This document shows, one piece after another, positions 57,322 through 64,000 of a DNA stretch of 64,000 nucleotides. Under the pieces are notes generated by a model. That model did no database searches and was not told the origin of the DNA. It saw only the letters and a program-made list of their open reading frames with translations. Position 1 is the first letter of the stretch, and the number at the start of each line of letters is the position of its first letter. A program made the position numbers and the translations under genes. Source of the stretch: Phycisphaerales bacterium (GTDB lineage Bacteria > Planctomycetota > Phycisphaerae > Phycisphaerales > UBA5793); contig JBGASM010000007.1 of NCBI GenBank assembly GCA_044229655.1, forward strand, positions 13,458 to 77,457. The letters are read 5' to 3'.

Positions 57322-58281
57322 GATAGCGAGGGCCTTCCGGAGGATGAGAGCCCGTGCGGGTATGGCAGCCTGCGTTGGTTCTTCGGCAGCACGTACAACA
57401 ATCCCTTCGTGACCAATGACATGACGCTGGAAGCGGGATCTGCAGATTGGAATAACGCCACTCAGCATGCGTGGCGATGGGGAGGAGGGACATGCAATAT
57501 CGCAGTCTTCCACGCTGAGGACTTCGATGATACTTGCACCGGTCCGGACTCTGGGGGTACTTACGAGGGCGTGCTCTATTCATTCGGGGTTGTTAGTTCC
57601 AGTAGTTATTACTATTATACCCCAGTAGATCTGACCCCGGATGGTCTGAACATGGCTAATCCATCAGATAGTGAAGGCGCCAACATACATCTCCTCGGTC
57701 TGTATGACGGCGATGAGTTCATTCTATCGGACGAAGGCGGCTCGCAAATGATGCTCTGGGGGAACAACGTCGGGGACACCCTGGCGGGGTCACAAGGGAC
57801 GGTCCAGTGGGATGATGATGACCCACAGGATGGAGATCACACAGCGCCGGGGGAGTGCCACACGTTTTCGTTGGGGGTGTGTCCTGATCCATTGGGAGCG
57901 GCTTACGCATCCTACGGCGACGTGACGCCGGCCTGCTGCGTGGTGGCGGTGACGCCGATTGTCGCAGGCAGGGAAGCGACATTTTCGGTCGCGGGCGGGC
58001 CAAGCGGATATCGGCAGTACTTCTGCCTGTACTCGTTTTCCAGGGGGACGGAGACGTACGAGGATTACCACGGAATCTGCGCTGAACTGATGATCAATCT
58101 GCCGGCGAAGCCTGAGGCGCACCTGGTATGGCAGGTCAGTGATTCGGATGGGACGTTCACGAAGACGGTGACGATCCCGAGTGAAGCGCCGGTGGGGCGA
58201 TCAGTTTACTTTCAAGTCGTCGGGAGGGGGACGTGTCCAGAACCATGCGCCTCGAATCGGCTGGAGCGATTGATTCATTAA
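57067..58281 (+). CDS. secreted hypothetical protein, paralog B (shared C-terminal two-Cys module)
   Basis: Same signal peptide as paralog A and colinear with it over its full length. The C-terminal module is at 57943-58278. Confidence 0.6.
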   Translation: MNGTRFIVISAGLGMCGIASLAGAGGPPEGAAHLQLAARPTRLVPKRIAGIGPDMQLTTPWYEVKDQGTAEVPDGFTAQYDCFDADSEGLPEDESPCGYGSLRWFFGSTYNNPFVTNDMTLEAGSADWNNATQHAWRWGGGTCNIAVFHAEDFDDTCTGPDSGGTYEGVLYSFGVVSSSSYYYYTPVDLTPDGLNMANPSDSEGANIHLLGLYDGDEFILSDEGGSQMMLWGNNVGDTLAGSQGTVQWDDDDPQDGDHTAPGECHTFSLGVCPDPLGAAYASYGDVTPACCVVAVTPIVAGREATFSVAGGPSGYRQYFCLYSFSRGTETYEDYHGICAELMINLPAKPEAHLVWQVSDSDGTFTKTVTIPSEAPVGRSVYFQVVGRGTCPEPCASNRLERLIH

Positions 58282-58285
58282 GCCG

Positions 58286-59329
58286 TCAGTCGTCAGAGGC
58301 GTAGACGCGGGTGACGCCGAAGGTGCGGGCGAGGGAGAGGCCGGAGGGTTTGTCGAGGATGCAGAGGGTGGTGGCGAGGGCATCGGAGAGGATGGCAGAG
58401 GGGGCGACGAGCGTGACGGCGCGGTGGTCGGTGAGCGGGCAGCCGGTGCGGGGGTCGAGGATGTGGGAGTAGCGGACGCCACTCAAGATGACGAACTGCT
58501 GCGAGTCGCCGCTGGTGGAGATGCCGCAGTTGGAGAGTGAGAGGGTGCGGCGGGGGATGTCGGGGTGATTTTCCCAGTCGATGGCGATGTCCCAGCCGGG
58601 CTTGTTCGGAGGCGGATCACCGAGGGCGATGTCCCCGGCGAGGCTTGCGAGGGCGCGGGTGATGCCGTGGGCGCGGAGGACGGCGAGGGCCTGATCGGCG
58701 GCGTACCCCTTGGCGATGCCGCCGAAGTCGAGGAGGGCGCCGGGCTGGGTGAGGCGGATAAGGGTTTGGTCGCCGGAGGAGGTGCGGAGATCGATGGTGT
58801 TGTAATTCACGAGGGTGCGAGCGGCGGCGAGGGAGGCAGGGTCAGGAGCGGTTTGGGTTTTGCGGGCGGCGCGCCAGAGGTGAGAGAGGGGGCCGACGGT
58901 GATGTCGAATGCGCCGTCGGAGGCGCGGGAGAGATCGAGGGCGGTGCGGATGCAGAAGGCGAGTTCGGGGGAGACGGGGAAGAAGTCGGGAGAGCCGGCG
59001 GCGGCGCAGAGGCGCATGGATTCGGAGTCGGGGTTGTAATCGGAGAGGATGCGGTCGAGGGCGTTGATGCGGGCGAAGGCTGCGGAGGCGGCGACGAGGG
59101 CGGTGGATTCATCGGGGGAGTAGAGGACGAGGCGGGCTTCGACGCCCATAAGGATGCGGCGATATTCGAAGCGCTGGAGGGAGGAGGAAGGGGAATGAGG
59201 AGGGTCTGGAGGCGTCTTGGGTGTCGTGGAAGGGGCGGTGCAGGCTACGATCGAGGCTGCGGTGAGCAGGGTCGAGAAGATGAATCGGACGAGTGAACGA
59301 GCAGAGAGGATGACAGTGATGCGCGGCAT
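58286..59329 (-). CDS. apbE: FAD:protein FMN transferase (ApbE family) lipoprotein
   Basis: Lipoprotein signal MPRITVILSARSLVRFIFSTLLTAASIVAC. GAFDITVGPLSHLW, LDFGGIAKGYAADQA and SGDSQQF...RYSHILDPRTGCP. The ORF extends to 59455. Confidence 0.85.
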   Translation of the reverse strand: MPRITVILSARSLVRFIFSTLLTAASIVACTAPSTTPKTPPDPPHSPSSSLQRFEYRRILMGVEARLVLYSPDESTALVAASAAFARINALDRILSDYNPDSESMRLCAAAGSPDFFPVSPELAFCIRTALDLSRASDGAFDITVGPLSHLWRAARKTQTAPDPASLAAARTLVNYNTIDLRTSSGDQTLIRLTQPGALLDFGGIAKGYAADQALAVLRAHGITRALASLAGDIALGDPPPNKPGWDIAIDWENHPDIPRRTLSLSNCGISTSGDSQQFVILSGVRYSHILDPRTGCPLTDHRAVTLVAPSAILSDALATTLCILDKPSGLSLARTFGVTRVYASDD

Positions 59330-60194
59330 GGTGATGGGCGTTGCGGGAGTGCTGGGGCTTGGGACTGCGGCGTGGTCGGGGGCGGAGCCTCCTGCGGTCA
59401 CGACGATGGCGACGGTTCCGGGGCTTGAGTCATTTGTGGAAACGATACCGGGCACGACGGTGAGTTTTCGGATGGCGCCGATTCCGGGCGGGACGCAGAA
59501 GCCCGCGCCGGCCGGGGTGGGGAAGGATGCGGGGCCGGCGGCGGAGAGCGTGGAGATTGCGCCGTTCTACATGATGACGACGGAAGTCACGTGGGAGATG
59601 TTTGACATCTGGGCGTACCGGATGGACCTGCCGGCGGATGCGGACCCGAATGCGCCGGATGCGATCACGCGGCCGACGAAGCCGTATCTGCCGCCTGATC
59701 GGGGATTGGGGCACGAGGGGTATGCGGCGATCAGCCTGACGTACAAGAACGCGGATCAGTTCTGCGTGTGGCTGAGCGCGAAGACGGGGCGGAAGTACCG
59801 GCTGCCGACGGAGGCGGAATGGGAATGGGCGGCGAAGGGGGGGAGCGAGGGGACGTACTGCTTCGGGTCGGATGCCGGCGAGTTGATGGATTACGCGTGG
59901 TATGCGGGGAACTCGCAGAACAAGCCGCACCCGGTGGGGGAGCTGAAGGCGAACGCGTGGGGGCTGCATGATGTGCACGGGAACGTGGTGGAGTGGGTGA
60001 CGAGCATGGACGGCAAGCCGGTGACGAAGGGCGGGTCGTACCGGTCGATGGCGCCGGATCTGGCGATCACGGCGAAGGCGAAGCAGGAGAAGTCGTGGAA
60101 CGCGACGGACCCGCAGACGCCCAAGAGCCCGTGGTGGCTGTCGGATGGGCCGTTCGTGGGATTCCGGATCATGTGCGAGGCGGAGACGAAGTAG
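59310..60194 (+). CDS. formylglycine-generating-enzyme family protein (SUMF1/FGE-sulfatase domain), secreted
   Basis: Signal MTVMRGMVMGVAGVLGLGTAAWSGA. YRLPTEAEWEWAAKGG, NAWGLHDVHGNVVEWV and KGGSYRS. The start could be ATG at 59310, 59319, 59328 or 59334. Confidence 0.8.
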   Translation: MTVMRGMVMGVAGVLGLGTAAWSGAEPPAVTTMATVPGLESFVETIPGTTVSFRMAPIPGGTQKPAPAGVGKDAGPAAESVEIAPFYMMTTEVTWEMFDIWAYRMDLPADADPNAPDAITRPTKPYLPPDRGLGHEGYAAISLTYKNADQFCVWLSAKTGRKYRLPTEAEWEWAAKGGSEGTYCFGSDAGELMDYAWYAGNSQNKPHPVGELKANAWGLHDVHGNVVEWVTSMDGKPVTKGGSYRSMAPDLAITAKAKQEKSWNATDPQTPKSPWWLSDGPFVGFRIMCEAETK

Positions 60195-60344
60195 CGCGGC
60201 AGCGAAGTGGACTCCCACCGGGCAGGGCCACAGGAAATGCGCGAAAGGAATGCGCGGAGTTCTTCACTGCGCGGGCGGGCGGGGGTACGCTCAGGCAGTG
60301 CAGGTCCTTTGGCGATCAACACCTGAGCGTGAAAGCGAGCGAAC

Positions 60345-61691
60345 ATGGAACATCACGGCGCGGCGAACGAGGGAATGGGATTCTCACGGCGGGATTTCGT
60401 GCGGACGGCGGCGGCGTCGGCGGTGATTCCATTGGCGGCGGGTGCGATGGGTGCAGGGGTGAGCCAGGCGACAGCGGCGGTGGCGCGGGGGGCGAACGTG
60501 GCTGGGAAGGAGGAAGTGCGCATCGGCGTGATCGGGTGCGGCGGGCGCGGGACGGGTGCGGCGGGCAATGCGCTGGAGGCCTGGCCGCAGGCGAGAATCG
60601 TTGCGCTGGCGGATGTGTTTGCGGAGCGGGTGGAGAGCGCCAAGAGCGGACTTGCGGGGAATGAAGATGCATCGATGGCGGCGCGGGGGAAGGTGGCGGA
60701 TGGAATGTGCTTCACAGGGTGGGATGCGTATCAGAAATTGCTGGCATCGAAGGAAGTGGATTCGGTGATTTTGGCGACGCCGCCACATTTCCGGCCGATC
60801 CACTTTGCGGCGGCGATCGCGGCGGGCAAGCACGTGTTCATGGAAAAGCCTGTGGCGGTGGACCCGACGGGCATCCGGAAGGTGCTGGCGGCGGCGGAGG
60901 AGGCGACGAAGAGGAAGTTGTGCGTGGTGGCGGGGACGCAGCGGCGGCATGAGCCGTGCTATCGGGCTGCGATGAAGAAGATGGCGGAGGGGGCGATCGG
61001 GCAGGTGGTGGCGGCGCGGTGTTTCTGGAACATGGGGAGCCTGTGGATGAATCCGCGGCAGCCGAACTGGAGCGACATGGAATGGCAACTGCGGAACTGG
61101 CTGTATTTCACGTGGCTGTCGGGCGATCACATCGTGGAGCAGCACGTGCACAACATCGATGTGGTGAACTGGGCGTTTGGTGCGCATCCGACGCGGGCGA
61201 TTGCGGTGGGAGGGCGGCAGGTGCGAACGGAAGCGGCGTATGGGCACATCTTCGACCATTTCGGCGTGAGTTTCGAGTATCCGGAAGGGCGATTTGCGCT
61301 GTCAATGTGCCGGCAGACGGACGGGACGGATGGGCGAGTGGCGGAGTACATTCACGGGACGAACGGGGTGATGTCGCTGTCGTCGGGAAGCGCGGAGTGC
61401 GCGGGGAAGAACGCGTGGCGGTTCAGCGAGGACAACGGGAATCCTTACGTCATCGAGCACGTCGACTTGTACAGCGCGATGACGGGCAAGGCGGAGTACA
61501 TCAACGAGGGGCGGCAGGTGGCGGAGTCGACGCTGTCGGCGATCATGGCGCGGATGTCCGCATATACGGGCAAGGATGTGACGTGGGAGCAGGCGCTCAA
61601 TTCGAAGCTGGATTTGAGCCCGCCGAAGTACGAATTCGGCAGCCTGCCGACGCCGCCGGTGCCCACGCCGGGGAAGACGCCGCTGGAGTGA
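60345..61691 (+). CDS. Gfo/Idh/MocA family oxidoreductase with Tat signal
   Basis: Twin-arginine signal SRRDFVRTAAASAVIPLAAGA. Rossmann block VRIGVIGCGGRGTGAA. EKPVA motif in HVFMEKPVA. Confidence 0.85.
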   Translation: MEHHGAANEGMGFSRRDFVRTAAASAVIPLAAGAMGAGVSQATAAVARGANVAGKEEVRIGVIGCGGRGTGAAGNALEAWPQARIVALADVFAERVESAKSGLAGNEDASMAARGKVADGMCFTGWDAYQKLLASKEVDSVILATPPHFRPIHFAAAIAAGKHVFMEKPVAVDPTGIRKVLAAAEEATKRKLCVVAGTQRRHEPCYRAAMKKMAEGAIGQVVAARCFWNMGSLWMNPRQPNWSDMEWQLRNWLYFTWLSGDHIVEQHVHNIDVVNWAFGAHPTRAIAVGGRQVRTEAAYGHIFDHFGVSFEYPEGRFALSMCRQTDGTDGRVAEYIHGTNGVMSLSSGSAECAGKNAWRFSEDNGNPYVIEHVDLYSAMTGKAEYINEGRQVAESTLSAIMARMSAYTGKDVTWEQALNSKLDLSPPKYEFGSLPTPPVPTPGKTPLE

Positions 61692-61747
61692 GCGGAGTCG
61701 GAAGGCCAGAAGCCGAGGGCGCGAGATGGCCCATATGATCGGACGAC

Positions 61748-62320
61748 ATGCATAAGTGCCAGAAATGCGGCGCGGAAGCGACCGTTCATGATTTCAAGCT
61801 GATGAAGGGTGGAATCGCGAGCCAGATCCACCTGTGTGAAACCTGCGCCAACAAGATGGGGGTGGAGAGCAAGGGTTTCAAGACGATGGAGGAGTTGATG
61901 GAGGCCGCGGCAGCGCTGGCCGGGCCCGGCGCGGGCGCGAAAGGCGCGGGCGGTGAGGCAGCAGGGCAGAAGGGGCAGGCCTGCAGCGCGTGCGGAATGG
62001 GGTGGAGCGAATTTCGAGAGAAAGGGCAATTGGGGTGCGCTGCGTGTTATGAAGCGTTTGAGGCACAGATAACGCAACTTGCGGAGCGGATGCATGAAGG
62101 CGGCACGCAGCACATGGGCAAGCGGCCGCAGGGCGCCAGCGCGGGGCCGGGCGACGGAGGCATGGAACTGAGGGCGCAGAAACTGCGACAGCAACTGACC
62201 GAAGCGCTGGCGCTGGAGCAGTACGAGCGTGCGGCGGAGATCCGGGACCGTTTGAACGCGATGGGCGCGGCGATCTCCAAGAGAGAGAGCACGGCAGGCG
62301 AGACGGGAGGCAGGCCGTGA
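61748..62320 (+). CDS. mcsA: protein-arginine kinase activator McsA-like (four CxxC motifs plus UVR domain)
   Basis: CQKCG...CETCA...CSACG...CAACY, then the UVR-like segment LRQQLTEALALEQYERAAEIRDRL. Translationally coupled to mcsB (4-nt overlap). Confidence 0.8.
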   Translation: MHKCQKCGAEATVHDFKLMKGGIASQIHLCETCANKMGVESKGFKTMEELMEAAAALAGPGAGAKGAGGEAAGQKGQACSACGMGWSEFREKGQLGCAACYEAFEAQITQLAERMHEGGTQHMGKRPQGASAGPGDGGMELRAQKLRQQLTEALALEQYERAAEIRDRLNAMGAAISKRESTAGETGGRP

Positions 62321-63408
62321 TCAATCCGAACGCGCAGGGGCTGGATTACGGGTCGTCGGGTGAATGGCTGCGGAACACGGGGCCGGAGCGCGACGTGGTG
62401 ATATCGAGCCGGGTGCGGCTGGCGCGAAACATCCGGGGTTTCCGGTTCATGTCGAAGGCGGACCGGCCGGAGCGGGAAGACCTGGTGGTGAAGGCGCGGG
62501 CGCAGGTCATGAAGGCGCGAGACGCGGGGTCGATGATCTGGTTTGACCTGCCCGGGATCGCAGAGCAGGAGCGGTCAATCCTGGTGGAGCGGCACCTGAT
62601 TTCGCAGCAACTGGCCAAGGGAGCGGGGAACACGGGAGCGAGCGGGCTTGATCAGCCGCGCGGCGCGGCGGTGAGCTCGGACGAGTCACTGTCGATCATG
62701 GTCAACGAGGAGGATCACCTGCGCATCCAGGTGATACGCAGCGGGCTGCAGCTACGCGACGCCTGGCGGGAGGCCAATGAAATTGACGACCGGCTGGAGC
62801 AGTCGATTCCATTTGCGTTTCACGAGCGTTTCGGGTATCTGACCGCATGTCCGACGAACATGGGAACGGGGATCCGCGTGAGCGTGATGCTGCACCTGCC
62901 CGCGCTCACGCTGACGAACGAGATTGAGCGTGTGCGGCGGGCGACGCGGGACATGCAGCTGGCGGTGCGCGGGTTCTACGGGGAGGGTTCGGACACGACG
63001 GGGGACCTGTTTCAGGTGTCGAACCAGACGACGCTGGGGAAGTCGGAAGAGGAAATCCTGGATGAGTTTGATGCGCGGGTCATTCCGCAGGTGATCGAGT
63101 ATGAGCGGCAGGCACGGCGGCTGCTTGTCGAGAAGCGGTCGGCGGTGCTGGATGACCGAGTGTTTCGGGCGCTGGGGACGCTGCAGAACGCGCGGCTGCT
63201 GAAGACGGATGAGGCGATGCGAATGCTGAGCCACCTGCGCCTGGGCGTGGAAGCGGGGCGTGTCACGAATGTGCCGGTGGAGAGGATTAATCGGCTGATG
63301 CTCATGTGCCAACCTGCGCACCTGCAACGGGTCGCGGGCAAGACGCTGACGCAGGCGGACCGGGCGGAAGCGCGCGCGACGCTGGTGCGCGGCGAACTGG
63401 CGCGGTGA
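62317..63408 (+). CDS. mcsB: protein arginine kinase McsB (ATP:guanido phosphotransferase)
   Basis: SSRVRLARNIRGFRF, NEEDHLRIQ and GYLTACPTNMGTGIRVSVMLHLPAL are phosphagen-kinase catalytic motifs in the McsB arrangement. Confidence 0.9.
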   Translation: MINPNAQGLDYGSSGEWLRNTGPERDVVISSRVRLARNIRGFRFMSKADRPEREDLVVKARAQVMKARDAGSMIWFDLPGIAEQERSILVERHLISQQLAKGAGNTGASGLDQPRGAAVSSDESLSIMVNEEDHLRIQVIRSGLQLRDAWREANEIDDRLEQSIPFAFHERFGYLTACPTNMGTGIRVSVMLHLPALTLTNEIERVRRATRDMQLAVRGFYGEGSDTTGDLFQVSNQTTLGKSEEEILDEFDARVIPQVIEYERQARRLLVEKRSAVLDDRVFRALGTLQNARLLKTDEAMRMLSHLRLGVEAGRVTNVPVERINRLMLMCQPAHLQRVAGKTLTQADRAEARATLVRGELAR

Positions 63409-63423
63409 GGGATAATTGAGAAC

Positions 63424-63993
63424 TCAAGTCTTCAGGGATGCCACTGGGCGGGGCTCAGGCTGATCCACTTCGCTGAAGGTGCGGGCCAAGCCGATGCCCA
63501 GCGCGCTGCCGAAGAGGCATCCGGCGACCCAATCGAGGGGCAGGACACGGACCAGGGGCCAGAGCGTGGAGCGCGCCATGGAGTCGAGGACGTCAGGTGA
63601 CATCATGAATGCGCTGCAGAGGGTGCCCAACAGGCCAGCACCTGCGGTGAGGGCAATGATGAGCAGAGATCCGTTGGCGTTGGACCAGATCATGCGGGCG
63701 ATCATCACGGAGAGGGCGGAGGCAGCCACGAGGCCGCCGACGGATTGGTCACGCTCCTCGGTGCGCACAAAGAGCCAGGAGAGGGCGAGGGTGCCGAGGA
63801 GGGAGAGGGCGGCAGCAGTCAGGGAGTCGGGGGATTTCCAGCCGTGCTCGGTGGGGTAGCGGGAGGGAGTGGAGCGTGCGAAGGCGAGGACAAGGAGCAC
63901 AGCCGGCAGCGCCCACGCGAGGGCCTCGAAAGCGAACTTGACATAGAGGGATTTCAAACCTGAAGGGCCGACGGCGGGATCGGAAACGGCCAT
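63424..63993 (-). CDS. hypothetical polytopic membrane protein
   Basis: 189-aa ORF with 5 or 6 hydrophobic helices. I recognise no family motif. Confidence 0.4.
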   Translation of the reverse strand: MAVSDPAVGPSGLKSLYVKFAFEALAWALPAVLLVLAFARSTPSRYPTEHGWKSPDSLTAAALSLLGTLALSWLFVRTEERDQSVGGLVAASALSVMIARMIWSNANGSLLIIALTAGAGLLGTLCSAFMMSPDVLDSMARSTLWPLVRVLPLDWVAGCLFGSALGIGLARTFSEVDQPEPRPVASLKT

Positions 63994-64000
63994 GCGGAGG

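Overview
This is a high-GC bacterial chromosomal segment. I read about 50 protein genes, 3 tRNAs and 4 hairpin terminators. I recognised no rRNA, CRISPR array, transposase or integrase. The supplied track contains many long antisense or out-of-frame ORFs that are typical high-GC shadow ORFs, and I did not call them.

Gene content suggests a Planctomycetota (Phycisphaerae-like) genome. This is an inference from several features: a DUF1559/H-X9-DG-type pseudopilin, dockerin-like repeat proteins, a HAF-repeat protein, a giant NfeD protease, and membrane proteins ending in CxxCGYDxR...CPECG ribbons.

The housekeeping backbone is:
- a SWIM protein (partial) plus SNF2 helicase, then tRNA-Lys
- tig, a small SHOCT protein, clpX
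- S9 peptidase, lepB, tRNA-Arg
- metK, a KAS enzyme, an MsbA-like ABC exporter
- recO, a MocA-like nucleotidyltransferase, an OMP, DinB and FIST proteins
- tRNA-Gly and the livJHMGF operon
- two NfeD genes, recN, a lone nuoA
- guaA, a NucA-type nuclease, apbE, an FGE-family protein, a Tat-dependent Gfo/Idh/MocA oxidoreductase, mcsA-mcsB

The most unusual items are:
1. One uninterrupted 1557-codon gene (12116-16789) fuses a complete ABCB-type exporter (TMD plus NBD) to a complete secretin, joined by an internal lipoprotein-like hydrophobic segment, with an extra uncharacterised tail of about 300 aa. This may be a single-gene envelope-spanning export device. A sugar-nucleotide epimerase and an unknown membrane protein follow it.
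2. Four secreted proteins in the window share a two-cysteine module of about 110 aa at their extreme C-termini. It could be a sorting or anchoring tag.
3. A duplicated cassette of secreted paralogs has near-identical 289-nt 5' blocks. The two copies flank two convergent, 3'-overlapping zinc-ribbon membrane genes.

All family assignments come from motif recognition by eye. No database search was run.
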